64,000 nucleotides of DNA from Paragordius varius (lineage: Eukaryota > Animalia > Nematomorpha): contig OZ176054.1 of assembly GCA_964247055.1 (NCBI GenBank), positions 7,006,001 through 7,070,000 on the forward strand, written 5' to 3'. The position numbers and the translations under genes were made by a program. Below are positions 35,601 to 49,200 of the stretch, in pieces (position 1 is the stretch's first letter; every line of letters starts with the position of its first letter). Under the pieces are notes generated by a model, which was given only the letters and a program-made list of their open reading frames with translations, searched no databases and had not been told where the DNA came from.

Positions 35601-37884
35601 GAATGACTCGGAATATCTTTAAATAGTCAGATTTATAAAATGGTTTTAATTTTTAGGAACCGTACTGAAAATGATAATTTTGGTTGCGGTCAGTTCAAAA
35701 CTTTTTTAAAAAAATGTATAATTTTTAGAAGACTTAATGCTTGTTAAAAATTCACAATCAACCAACGGCTACACACATTGTGGTACTATCAGTAATGGAC
35801 CGCCACAAGATCCAAACTTATTTGGTACGTTACAATCGACTCAAACTCAATTAACTAGCAATAACAATACTGATCGAAGCTTAGGATTTTACAATGTACC
35901 TTTGCAAACACTAACACCGACCATTAATTCCATTGATCAATACGATGCAGTGATTAAGGATACGAGTTTGCACAAAAACTATAATTCGAATTTGTATATG
36001 GAAAGAATTTGTAATAGTGAATCTGGATCCAGATATGGGCACCAGCCTACTAACTTGTCCAATGCACTAAACAGTGGAGAAGAAAGTAGCCAAATCGCTA
36101 CAGTAAGAAAAAGTATAAGGCGACAATCACTGCGGCCAAAACGACCACGGAGAATTAATGCCAGGTATAAAATTTTATAATTTCTCTTAATTAATTTTTG
36201 ATAAACTTTGTGTAATAATACAATATTATACAGGAAATTTTTATTTTTAAACTGTTTTAGTTCTTTAACATTCTTAAATCTAATTGCGTTATATAAACTA
36301 ATTTTTAGCGGACTTGAATCCGATGGATCTATAACACCATACCTATATGATGAAACTGAGGCAAATTTAGGTGGGTACAATAGCGAAACTGCTAAATCAA
36401 CTATGCAAAAGGGTCGCGTTTTACCTCCCCATTATATGCAAATGCAAGATTTTTCACTCATTCCCTCCCACCCTAATTATCAAAACATAAATTTTTTGAC
36501 AAATACACCTAGTACCCAAAATAATAATAATGAACAACGGTATTTTGATGAGCGTAGACGAGGAATTGTTAATGAAGCATTCTTGAGGAATAACAATAAT
36601 AATGGTTATAATACAGCATCAAGTTCATTAATATCATACTCATACAAAATGGATGATAAAACACAACCTAGCACATTGGCTCAAAAATCTTGTGATGAAA
36701 ATATTAAAAAATTTATTAGTTATGATAATACGACTAATCATACACTCATCGATCCGATTGAATCTTTAAACAATAATACAATCATAGGAAAAATGCCTTT
36801 TCCTAACAAGGTATAATTAATATATTAAATTTTTAAATACCTAAAATTTAGATAAAACAACCGATTAATTTAAAACACTTCTACATGGTCGCGCGGTGAG
36901 TTTTGGGAACATGATTTAGGTTTTAAAAACATATTAATCTCTTTTAGTGTAGATCAGGTGTGTACAACTCGCGGTCCCCCAAAATATTTACTTAGCCAGC
37001 GAGAAATTTTAAAAACAAAATTATACGAGATTTCATTAAAATTGTTTTTCGTAAGCAAAGTTTCTGAATAAATTCCGAATTTTGGAATCTAATAAAAAAT
37101 TTAATGACCATATATTTTGGCAATGCTACCCGCAAAGCTATTTGTGTTGGAACCCCTGGTGTAAATCATCATTTTTTACGACAACCGCTGTTTTGCCTAA
37201 ATCAATCTTTGTTTCACCTTCAATATATTTTTCTTAACACTTATTTAATCAATTGCTGTGACATATTATTGACTTAAATTTGAATAACTTAAGGATTTTT
37301 TATTATTTAATTTATTTTTTGCAATGGTTGAATTTTGTTATTCATAATTGAATAAAGTTTTGATATTATAATATGTTTTTAACATTAAATGTGATAAAAA
37401 ATTTATTTTTACTTTATGTTACGATCGAAAATAGTTGGAATCAGCTGTTTGACTGTTCTTGCTTTGGCCACTTATATGGAATTTCCATTTTTAAAATAGG
37501 ACACTTTGTTTTAAAATTAAAAATATTCTGTAAGGATGTCACTATTAAACATAATATTGTTTAAAATGACGATTGACAAATAATATTTCAGTGATTTATT
37601 TTATGTTTCAGATAAATCAGCAAAACCCTCCTAGCGGTAATGAAGAAAGTAATTGCGATAAATCCTCTTCTTTAGTTAGTCATTATGCTAGCAATTCTCG
37701 TTTTCCAATCGCTCAACACGGTGGATTTTATGGGAACAATGTTAACCAAAATATTAATCATGTTAGGAACCCCATAAATGCCAGCCATAAGCTCAAAGAC
37801 ACGAGATTGAAGCAAACGACGGATCCCAAATTGCTCAGAAACCCACAAACTTTTTTAACAACTTTTGGCGCTTTAAAAAAATGA
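21323..37884 (+). CDS. sdk: Sidekick cell-adhesion receptor (6 Ig + FN3 array + TM + cytoplasmic tail)
   Basis: Six Ig domains incl. Cys-lacking Ig2 (VILISPVIKGFPEITFSW); FN3-1 SFDGNSPILGY; FN3-2 LIPWKEYSFRISMFNKVGVGPYTE; TM exon 35345-35485 FYNQWWFVVIVAMAST...KYK; cytoplasmic SLVSHY motif. Phase-consistent exons include 21775-22959, 23042-23181, 23253-24204, 24437-24640, 24707-25047, 25381-25624, 25990-26313, 26511-26609, 27551-27757, 27921-28212, 28929-29086, 29162-29280, 29408-29606, 29939-30138, 31337-31526, 31618-31993, 32407-32513, 37612-37884. First exon 21323-21467 is tentative. Confidence 0.92.
26960..27241. mobile_element. hAT-type MITE copy in Sidekick intron (one end degraded)
   Basis: Ends GTGTACACCCCTG; internal CACAAATTGCTTTGCGGGT, AAAATATATGG, CCAAAATTCGGAA are colinear with the reverse complement of 36955-37158. 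Confidence 0.7.
33800..34600. repeat. Inverted pair plus R1/foldback-related repeat inside a Sidekick intron
   Basis: GAGGCATGATGGAAACG (~33858-33874) is inverted relative to CGTTTCCATCATGCCTT (~34106-34122); 34395-34600 resembles 3165-3360 of the foldback and 48780-48880. Confidence 0.6.
36955..37158. mobile_element. hAT-type MITE (204 bp) in the last Sidekick intron
   Basis: TIRs CAGGTGTGTACAAC / CAGGGGTTCCAAC; 8-bp TSD GTGTAGAT vs GTGTAAAT (7/8). Confidence 0.8.
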
Positions 37885-38397
37885 CAGAATCTACCAAATA
37901 CTAAAATTGTTTAGATCGAAAAGGGCATTTAATATAGGAAGCATTTTACGATCAACACCAATATGAAGCATTAAACGATGTATTTATTTAATATCTCGAA
38001 AGCCATAAATTCTCATTTATCTGTTTTTATGATTCCAAAATTGTATTATTTATTTGATAATTTATTTTCACATAAATATATTATCATAATATTTTGTATA
38101 AAATATTTTATATTCTTATAATTATATAGATTTATGTTTTTTTGATAGAATTAAATTTGTATTGTGGTAGTGTGATTGGAAATATTTTGTATCGTATTAT
38201 TTTGTACGAATATAAGACGTACTTTTTTTGGCAGGATTGTGGTAACAACCTTTAGTCAAATTTGATTCTTTTCTTTTTGTAGGGCATTGCTTTTGATTCT
38301 TTTTAATTTTTCATAACTAAATATTATAAATTTTTAATTTCTAACGATGACTACAATAAATAATTTAATTGATGAACTTTAAATTTTAATAATAATC

Positions 38398-41300
38398 TTA
38401 CACATATCGACATTTTTTATTGCATTGACGGGGACAGCCTTGACCAATGGTTATTCCATCGGTTGTGTTTAGGCGGCAGCCATATGTTCTGTAATATTCA
38501 TCGCATTTGCTCCATATGTTTTGGCACATTAAATCTACAGATCAATAATATCAAATTCACCCTTAAACATTTCAAATTAAAAAATAAAACATGCGTTTTA
38601 GGGATATTTTAAACCAATATTTATATGAGTTATTTTTATTAGAAAATATCCAAAAATATTGGTAATTTTTATTTTTAAAAGCACAATAAGGGTGAATTTG
38701 AAGTCAAGGAATGTAAGGTGTTAATGGCATTTTATGCACGTAAAACTATATTCATTTTTTAATGTTGTTGTTTTCATTTATATGTTTTAGAGATAAATTG
38801 GTATATTAAAAAATAATAAGTTAAAAATAATATTTATAAACCTCTAATAAACCTGCAAGTAATTTATGATAAGACGGTATAAACTACCACTAGCATATAA
38901 ATTAACAAATTTTATAGAAAGCAAAAATATTACAACGAATTAATATGGGCATCGTGCTGAGATGACAAAACATCATATTCTGTAGAAGTTTCTTATAGTT
39001 TGAAATTTGGCTAAAAAAGGAATAAGTGTTTACGTATTTTTAAGCGATGTATATTATTTTAAAAGGGTTTCTATAATTTAACCGCGATTGATAAAGTACA
39101 GGAAGGATTTAATAACATTATGGTTTTTGCGCTTCCGAAACATCGTGCAAATAAATGTATTAATCTGTGTTTTATATTAAAATTAAATGGTTTTATAAGC
39201 CATCGATGGTGGTAATAGAAAAATGCATGCCGAATCTTTTTAACGAGAATCGTATTTTTTTAAAAAAACCCCAGATATAAGCAGATATGAGATCAAAGGG
39301 CCAGTCAATAAAAAAACCTGAGCATTTGGCTTTTATTATGAATTAAAAAATAATAAAAATAAGCCATTGTGGTAAGAGTAACGAGAGTAATTCGTTATGA
39401 TTAGGGCTGCACAGCCTGGTTTTATTTAAAAAAATTGAAACCAAGCCGATTTCAACTGTTTAGGAAAGCTGGTTACTAATATACTTTTTTTCGGTCAAAG
39501 CCTTGCTTATAATTAAAATTCGAACGAATCATTTGATGTCATTATACAAGCTGAAGATAGAAAAGGATGCTTAGAAATCAACCAAATTATAAAATCATTA
39601 TATGTATAATGACTTTTAATTAAAATTATAAATAATAATGTATTCATACCACAGCGTTCAAACAGTTTCCCCGAAAATTCGCCAGTTTTGAGACAAGATC
39701 TTCGAGCATCTGGACATAATTTACAACTCTGTTTGCGACCGGCTATGTAGGGATAATCTGTTTCTCCATTTATATTTCCTCTATTTAAAAATAAAATATC
39801 AAAATACATCGTATTTTTGCGTTGATTTGCGCCTTAAGAGGCTAAATTTTTGATGGTTTTCCAAAACAAAAATTTGTAAGGAACGCCATTTAAAATAAAT
39901 AAATTAATTTTTTATTAAATGCGCATAAATTAAATATTTAATAGCTTTGAACCTTAAAATAAAATATGGAGTGCTTTTAAAATTCGCAGTAATAATATTA
40001 AAGAAGACGTTTTTGGATTTTTGCTAAATTTGGCCATGTTAAAACTGTCGCAAACCTCGGTCAAAATTTTGAAACGTTTTAAATACGAAAGAGCCGATTT
40101 AAGCAAAATTCTATTTAATACTTCATGACCTTTTAGGGTATTTTATCTCAAGGCCATTTAAATGTCTAAAAAAATATTGGGTCAAATATAACACTTCGAT
40201 TCAAATTAGGGTATCTAGGGATTTCAGACAATATTTAAGTTGATAGTTTTAAAAACTACCAAAGAATAAGTTCTAATTTATATGCTTCTATCCTATAAAA
40301 ATTATATAAATAAGCCAAAATATCGAAATTAAATTTAGAAAAAAGTTCCATATCAAACTATTTCGATGCCATTTTTATTTTGCAACATTTTTTCAATGTG
40401 TTTATTTGATTCTGCTAAAATTAAAGCTATTTTATTTAGATCCCAAAAACTTACAATATAAGCAGAAAAAGTGGTTTATTTTTCATTATTATATTAGCTA
40501 ATGCACACATTTTATGTCAAATTTTTACCTTGATGTTTATCCATAAAATATGTAGTATCATAATTATTAAAATGATTTTGTTACATTTTCGGAATATTAT
40601 ATAAATGCAAACTTTTGCAATGGTTTCAATTTGTTCCATATTTTTAGAAATATTTGATTTCAAACAGGCCTGGGGTCCCCAAAGACCCCAATTTGAATCG
40701 AAGGAAAAGAATGTGTTGTATCCAATTTAATATGCTTTCTTTAGATTTTTGGGCGTATTTAAAGTTTTTTTGATACAGGAGAAGAGGGAAATAAATTTTA
40801 ACCAAAACAACTTTCAAAATAGTAGGTTTATTACTTTAAGATCAGGGTCAAAAACTATCCCAAAATTTTATCGAGGACAAAATGTTTAAAAAGTAATTAA
40901 GTGTTAAAAGGGTTTATATTACCGAAATTAAAAGCTCCGATATTAAATTCTTGCCTAACATGATCCAATCATGCAAAATGTAATTATTTTACACAAAATA
41001 AATTGTTAAGAAAAACAAAAATACTTGGGACAATAATTGCAAACCCAGTGATATGTGTTGTTGTATGGATCGTTGGGACACATAGCCATGGCGCAACCAA
41101 CATATTTTGTAGAGCTCCACACCAACTTTAATGAGAAAAAAACGAAATAATTAATGCGAAAACGACTATAAATGTCAGTATATTGCATAGTAAATTACTT
41201 GGGTATAATGTTTAATAGGCAATCCTGTTTGAGGGCCGCCATAAAAAAAGTTTCGCCCTTCAAGAAACCACATAACAATTATATCGTCCCAACCACCAAT

Positions 41301-42640
41301 GGTCGGAGTGTAAGCAATGTTTTGACCGCATCCAAAAACCTTAAAAACTGTATATTAAATCGATATAATAAAATAGTATAGTTTTGGCAAAGTTCAAATA
41401 TATCTTTATTTTATAATTAACATAAGTAGTAAACAAAAGTCTAAAACAAAATCAATATACTATCTTTTACTTTCTGGCGTTCTTTCGAATTCTTGATCAT
41501 GTCCTTTGTAACATTGGCTCACTCTCTGTTTAGCTAAATCGGCAGCCTCTTCTAACCACATCTAAAAATAAATTAAAATACAAATTACGATATATCGGAT
41601 TGTGACGGCAGGATTGTGATTTTTAAAAATAACATATATGCTAACATTTGATGTGTAACATCGTTATAGTACTCATCAATTGATTATCATGGATGTCTAA
41701 ATTTTTTCAAAATTAACCTTATTAGATATCGATTATGGGGAAAAGCATAAATATATAACATTGTCATAATAATATTCAAATATTGGCTAATCTTACCTTT
41801 TTTATTTGTTTTAAAAAGTAATTTGTTTAGGTATTAAACTAATAGGTTATCATGTTTAACCAAATACATACGAAAAATTAATACTATGTTGAGGTTCATT
41901 TTTTGAATTTCATTTTCTGTCATTCAATATAACAACAACTTGAATCTCAAAAACATTATTTTTATATTTTATTGTTAAAATAACGAATTGCTAACGGTGT
42001 AATATAAGATGAATTCCAAATGTTCTCGACTTTACGAAATTAAGTTAATCTGTGAGTTTTCAAATTAATTATCATTTTGATTTGAAAAAGCATTGTTATT
42101 AATGTAAGGGCTATTTGTAGATTTATCACAGTCTTTCAACTATTATAATTTTTTGGCCAAGATGGAAATAAATTGCGATCCTTTATAATAAAATATTTTT
42201 TAGATTTTTTGTTTTTGCTTTATGCAAAAATTGTTAAGTTTGTATTTTTACCAATTGATGCATATCAAGGGCTGGTGGTGTAACTTGACATCGATAATGA
42301 TTGTGGCTTCTAACAATTGTATCCCGATCTATCTCGCTTGTTTCAATCAGTTTGACACCGTTCTCATCCACATCGAATTTCTATATTGTAAATACACTTA
42401 AATTATTTGACACAATACATATACCTATATGATAATATTTAAAAAAGACATCTAAACCAAAATTAGACCAGAGAAAAACAATAAAAATGTAAAAGTACAA
42501 GAGTCCATCAAAAAATTTTGATCAGGTATTGTTATATTGATTTTTGTCATACAATAATCAAAATGTCGAATAACATGATAATTAGTGGCATGTAGGTCAG
42601 CGCTAAAGAGCACGGAGGTAAAAAGGAGAACTAGGGTCAT
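38398..42640 (-). CDS. Secreted CAP (SCP/TAPS, venom-allergen-like/CRISP-like) protein with Cys-rich hinge and ShK-like domain
   Basis: Exons 42380-42252 (IVRSHNHYRCQVTPPALDMHQL), 41561-41471 (MWLEEAADLAKQRVSQCYKGHD), 41347-41199 (GQNIA...WFLEG...HYTQ), 41125-41025 (LVWSSTKYVGCA...VCNYCP), 39780-39650 (GN...CKLCP..C), 38534-38398 (CQNIWSKCDEYYRTYGC...CPRQCNKKC*). All junctions GT-AG and in phase; the signal-peptide exon (within 42458-42640) is ambiguous. Confidence 0.88.
40225..40770 (-). repeat. R1 family copy in CAP-gene intron
   Basis: Colinear with 46670-47115; contains CCTGGGGTCCCCAAAGACCCCAATTTGAATCGAA. Confidence 0.75.
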
Positions 42641-45580
42641 TTGTGTTCTTTGCCAAGATAGAGAATCATGTCATTATTTTAATACGGTAAAGTATTAATC
42701 TGGAGGCTAAAACGCTATTTTGGACCAAATAAAAATTGGCACTTTATTTTATTTTAAATTACCTAGTGATTCATATAATTTTAAGACAAGTTCATATTTG
42801 CTCCAATGACTAAAAACATTAATATCGCAAACATGGCTATTTTTAAATTATAAAAATGATAGTTACTGATATATCAGCAGCATATCTGGGTTTCCATTCA
42901 AAAATGAGTTCTTTACTAATGTTAAATTGAATGTATCGATTAACTGTCCAAGATTTGGCTTTAATACCTAAATACAGTATATTGGAGATTTGATAGATTT
43001 GTTGAATATAAAGGAACAAATATATATATTACCTAATATCGCTTCTAGTAGAATCCAAAGAATTAGAAACCAGCCAGGATATTTGAAAAGCAGATTATTA
43101 GTATTTCGTATAGATGGATTAGGGATTCGATATACCATGTGCATTATTGTCGCTCGATTAATTTGCATAGGATTAATTAAATAGAGTACATTAGCAGAAA
43201 TGATTTGTGCCTCACAAATTTGGCAATAATAAATGGTCGAATATATATTCTAAACGTTGATTTATCGCTGGCAGTAAAATTCGTTTTTATTTCAGATTAA
43301 AAGTTTTCTTTGAAATTATTTTATTTAGACCTTAAGGGCTCTGTGGTGGTGTTGTCGGTATCTTTGATTTATTTATAACTCATTTATCTCATATAAAAGA
43401 GAATCGTGGTTATTAATGTTTTACATTTTAACATGGGAAAAGCCAGGATAAAAAGGTGGCATTTTATATTTAAATGAGCATGCGATTAAGGAGAGAGCGA
43501 AAAAAAACGCAAACTTTAATGAATTTATACATATTTATGATTCATTAAGGGTTTATCTTTATGTGATAAATGTTGGTTGTCATATCCATAAATTATTATT
43601 TTATACAAATGTGTTGACCCCTGTCAAAACCCGTTTTACCGTTTTTATCACACAAAAAAATAAAATTTATTTAACAATGTTTCATTTGTAAAGCAATCTT
43701 CTCGAATTCATAAAAATATAATTTGGAAAATTTTTATATCTATATTAAATAGTTTGACGACAACGACTAAAATTTTAATAATGAGACTCATCATTAAAAA
43801 TTACGTTATTGTAATTATTATAGTAAAACATAAGAATGAGAATATGGATATAATTAATGATATACTCATAAACATCATTTCAAAAAATATGTCCAAAACT
43901 CTTACATATTCAGTTAAATTCAAGTTTTTTCAATATAATATTAACTTGGTCAACCGTGTTTTTTTAATAGATACTATCCATGTGAATTAACACGATAAAA
44001 GTAGCTTTTCTCATTAGTTATAATATTTTTCATGATATGTAACTATATATCTTACCTTGCTATCATTTTAGTTAAATATACTCATATTTTTGGAAATTTG
44101 GCTTAAGGATACAAGACACATAAAAAGTAACAAAATTTGTCATAAGTATAAAAGTATAACCTTATTATCAAAAATAGGTATAAATTTGTTTTTGAAGTTA
44201 AAAAAACTATTTTAATTCTCCCAATGATTGTTAGACTTTTGGGCTTATTTCTGTCACACATCTCCGAATTTTGGGTAAATACTTGAAATTCCTAATTTTA
44301 TATTCAAGGGCTAGACTGAATGTGTTTGAATAATTTTTTTTAATAACTATCAAGTTAGTTGGTTTAGGTGTTGAATAACATCATAAAATTTTTTCTTTGA
44401 TTAGTTTATATATGTATGTGTGTGTGTTTGTGCATAAATTAATTTACAAATATGCTAAAAATATATGAATAAAGAAGGTACTCGAAAACCACCTTCATAG
44501 CATATTTCTTTGAGGCAAATTTTGACAGATTTTTTCGTCAAAACAAATGGCAGTGTCGCATTTTAGCCGAAAGGGAAAAACATTAAATTTTTATACATGC
44601 AATAATAATTTTTTTATTGTATATATTATATTTATGCTTTTCAATACTTTGGTGACACAAAAATTATAATATTAGATATTAATTAAATTTTAAAATATAT
44701 TTATTTCAATTTTTATAGTTGACATTTCAATTCTGTTATGCACGAACCAACCACTCTTTTAATTTTTTTTATCATGTATGCATTCAAGGATGATTTATGT
44801 GAATTAGGTTAATAAATGCTAAGTGATATATATATATATATATATATATATTTTTATAATGGCCATAAATGTACTCCAATATCTAAACAATGTAATAGAT
44901 TCGTCTATACTTAACGAATATGTACAAATAAAAAGTAAACCTCGATTTTATACTTCCAAAAAGCGGTTTTATTTAGATATATATTTATATATACATATTT
45001 GAAAAGGTGCTCTAAATATTAAACTAAAATAATTATTCAATTTTTTGCCATTGGCATTGAACTATCGGATTTTTCGCACATATCCAACTAAATATCTTTA
45101 AAAGAGGAAAGCGCAGGTAAATTTTAATGTTTCTAACAAAATAAATTTATTGTGCTTACAACCTTGATAGCCTTTAAGAATTCATGCTAAAAATACCGCC
45201 CCGCTCATATTTAAATAGTTTTTGTGCAATTTTGGTTTGATGTACGATTCCGGAAAACTTATGGGCCTTATTTGTTTCAATAGTGTACATTTTATTATTT
45301 CGCCAAAAGTGACTAAGCCCATTTTCGAATCCCCCCCGAGTTAGCCCCGCTTTGTGTGGAAAACGGGCTTTTAAATAATATTAACGACGTTGAAGCAAAT
45401 TTTAAAGGAGCGTGAAGGCCCATGCAAATTCAAAAGTGGTGGTTTTATATTTGTAAATCGACGATGACCAAACTATTTTTTAATTATCCCCTCAGTCCAG
45501 CCCCACCCTAAAAATTGGTTTCAAATATTGCTTGTTCCCGAAAAACTTAGAGGACTATTCGATTTTTGTGATTTTTTTAA

Positions 45581-46161
45581 TATATTATTTGCCCTTCAAG
45601 AGTGTCCGTGAACACTTTAAATTGGTCCTTAAAAACTTTAAATTGGTCCTTGAACACTTTAATTGGTCCTTAAGTTTTAAGTAAATTGACTATAATTTTG
45701 TATTAATTTTATTATCTTATTATATTTTAACCAAATTTTATTTATTATATATTTATTCATTTAAAAATAAAAATTTTATTAAAAAACCACTTTTTTGTTT
45801 CCAATTAATTTTTTCCAATTAACAAAATTATTAACTTTTAAATGTTTTCAATAAAAAAAACTTATATTTTTATTCGTGTTAAAAGCTTATAATTATCTTA
45901 AATAATTTTAAGAAATTAATAAAGGTATACGGTTTCTAAATGATTAAAAGTTGATATTGATTCAAAATATAAATAATAGCAAATAGAACAATAAAATACA
46001 TGAATGATATACTTAATTGATAAAAGTTAAAAACAAAACAAAAAAGTCAAGGGACCAACTTGAATTGTTAAAGGACCAACTTTAAGTGTTCAAGGATTAA
46101 CTTGAAATGTTCAAGCACCAAATGAAGTATTTAAGGACACTCTTGAAGTGGAAATGGTATA
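45581..46161. mobile_element. MITE with TATA-flush ends and 21-bp subterminal tandem repeats (copy 1)
   Basis: Ends TATA(CC/TT)ATTTGC(A/C)CTTCAAGAGTGTCC in inverted orientation; arrays of TGAACACTTTAAATTGGTCCT-like units; interior homologous to 60904-61379 in the opposite orientation. TA duplication suggests a Tc1/mariner-type partner (inference). Confidence 0.8.
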
Positions 46162-46669
46162 GTTAACAATTACACCGAAATTTATCAAATCCATTTTTGA
46201 ATTAGCCCTTCTCAGTCCTGCCAGGAACACAATCAGCCCCTAAAAGTGCAATATTTAAAAATTAGAAATAATATATAAAGGAGGCACAAGCGACCGAGCT
46301 AGAATTTTCCCTCTATTCATCCTAGCCCGTGGGAAAAAGGTTTCCCATAAAATTTTGACTCTAAAGCTTTTTCCCGCAAAACATATAAAGCCATATGAAT
46401 TTAACAAAAATGCCAATGAATGTAAAGAATGAAGCTGAGTATTATTAAGAAATTGTTAAATAAGGACATCATCTATATAAAATACGTCACTATATAAAAA
46501 TAAGGTGGCTTACAGCAATTTTTTAAAGACCGACCAATATCAATTAAATAATAATTTTTTGGTCAATTGTGAACCTATTATAATAAAACAGACCAATATT
46601 TTAACCAAAAATCTGAATATTGATTTGTAACTTAATACCTCAATTATAATTGGTATATTTATTGGAAAC

Positions 46670-49200
46670 TCCAGATCACATTTAAATTATTATAGTTAAA
46701 AGACTACTGAAGGATCGGATTTACGCTTCTACCCTAATAAAAATTATACCAAAATATTTTTATAAAATCAAGTTTGGAAGAAAAATCTCCATATCAAACT
46801 GATTCGACGCCATTTTTATATTATTTTTTGCTATTCGTATTTTTTAATATTAACCATAAAATTATAAATATTAAATTTTATCTAACATTTTTATAAACAG
46901 GAAAAATGGTTTATTTTGCATCAATTTCTATTTAGATAATGCATTTGTGGTGTTGGCTTATCCATAAATTAAGTAATATTTAGTTTTTTTAGATAAATCT
47001 TTTTTTTCGGTGGATCAATTTTATATAAGTGCAAACTATTTGCATGTTTTTAGAAATAGATTTTAAACAAGCTTGGGCCCAAATGCCCCAATTTGATTCG
47101 GAGGTTGAAATAAATATGCTCATTAAAGAGTTTTGATATACAAAAATACTTTTTAAGATATTAGAATAAACACTCTGTCCTAAACTAAAGCAAATAGAAG
47201 GAACTTATTAAATGTCATAATCTAAAAGTGAAACAATATTTAAATGTGCCATTTTAGATGTACCAAAAGCAAATTTTGGTTTTTTCTAAAAAAAACAAAA
47301 ATTCAAAGAAAGCGCAATCATTTTAAATTAACGAACTAGACCAGGGGTGTCCAAAACGGCCCTTTAAAATAGATTTGCAGCCCGTGAGATATTTTTAATA
47401 AAATCTCATAAAATTTTAGTAGAGTTGATTTTTTAAGCTTTGCATAAATTTTTCCGTATTCCGTCCATGACCTGGCCAAAATTGTCAAAATAAATAGTAT
47501 TTTACAGTTTTATGATTGAAATTTAATAAAATTATTTATTAATGCAGATATACAATTCGAATGCGGCCCGAGGGATTTTCCGATCCATAAATGCAACCAA
47601 TTTTTTTTATATATTTTGGTTTATTAATGTTAGATAAGTGCAACATTTTGCCATGGTTTCGATTCCTTCTATATTTTATAAAGAATTTAATTTTAAACAG
47701 GCCTGGGTTATCCAACTACCCCAATTTGAATCGAAGGACTAAAATGAGTGTGTTGTATCCAAGTGTTAAATACATGAGAACAATGTTTGATAATTAAATT
47801 TTAATTAAAATACTTTCAAAATTGTAATTTATTTACATGGCGCTCTTGGATATAAAACTTCCCCGATATCGCGAACAAAAAATAATAATGTGAAGTCTTG
47901 AATCAAAATTTGAAGTTATAAAAATATTCAGCATCATTGATTAATATAGAAAGGGGTATTTATGATATCTTAAAGCGTAACCGTTTCCATCATGACTCGA
48001 TATGATATGAAGTAATTTCAAAACATTTTAATTAAAATTCAAATTTTTTGAAAAATATTTAAAAATATTTTAGTTTATCTCAAAATTTAGCATATATAAA
48101 AATTTTAAGGGCACTATCCCGCATTTTTGCATTTACTTTAACACTTAGATACAACATATTGTTTCAGTTCTTCGATTCAAATTGGGGTTGTTGAATACCC
48201 CAGGTATGCTCAAACTAAATACTTCGAAAAATATGGAATGAATTGAAACCAAAAGAAATTTTTGCTATATATAATATTAATGAGCAAAATAAAAAAATTC
48301 ATTCAAAAATACTTGATATTATTTATTTTAAGGTAAAAAGGTAAAAATTAAATTAAAATGAAATGTGTGTAGCTAAATTTAATAATAAAAAATAACCACT
48401 TTTCTGTTTCTATCAAAGTTAGATGTGATTTAAATAAAAAATTAGCTATTAAATAAAAATGCTGTGAAATAAAAATGGCGTCAAAATAGTTTGATATGGA
48501 ACATTTTTTTACAAACTAAATTTTATATAGTATTGCTTATTTATATAGTTTTTATTAGGATATAAGCATGTTAAATTAGGACCGTTTCTTTCAGTACTTT
48601 TTTAATATTAAATTATATATTCTAGGGTATTTAGATACACCAATTAAATTCGAAACGTTAAGATGACTAGCCCATTTTAAATAAGCGAAAAATTTTTTAG
48701 AGTCCACATCTAAAATTAATTTTTTTTGAAAATATTATACTGCTTTTTTAGATGTTTGATATATTTTAGTGATATTTCTTGCAATGGAGCCTCTAACTTT
48801 CACCAAAATTAATTATAAATTATGCGAAAATTTTGTCATTTTCTGATATGGAGCACTTACCACAAAGGTTTAACACTTGGATACAACACAATCATTTTAG
48901 TCCTTCGATTAAAATTGGGGTAGTTAAATACCCCAGGTGTTTAAAATTAAATTTTTTAAAAAATATGGAAGGAATCGAAACCATGGCAAAATCTTGCACT
49001 TATATAACATTAATAAACCTAAATATATAAAAAATTTTATTCAAAAATACTTGATAATACTTATTTTAAGCTAAAACCGTGTAATTTAGTCAACGTGACA
49101 TGCGTGCAAAAATTAAAAAATTATACAAATTATTTTTCTATTTCCATCAATGTTAGATGTAATTTAAATATAAAATTAGCTCTACTATAAAATATGAAAA
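46670..49200. repeat. Cluster of four R1 copies (46670-47115 -, 47590-47790 -, 48125-48530 +, 48860-49200 +)
   Basis: Repeated TTCGATT(C/A)AAATTGGGG...TACCCCAGG core and AAAATGGCGTC...TTTGATATGGA flank; first and third copies form an inverted pair. Confidence 0.75.
47342..47600. mobile_element. One-ended hAT-type MITE copy
   Basis: Starts CAGGGGTGTCCAAAACGGCCCTTTAAAAT, matching the end of 26960-27241; flank AACTAGAC; other end not found. Confidence 0.65.

Noticed and set aside
35657-35688. Possible 32-nt Sidekick micro-exon followed by a 40-nt intron
   Set aside because: Phase-incompatible with the TM exon as sequenced; direct splicing 35485 to 35729 keeps the frame.
35979-36380. 133-aa minus-strand ORF (and similar ones at 22049, 24475, 25339, 33488)
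   Set aside because: Antisense shadows of Sidekick exons or intronic AT-rich frames.
42968-43990. Short ORFs between the CAP gene and the 45.6-kb MITE
   Set aside because: Overlapping frames with no recognisable homology or consistent exon chain.
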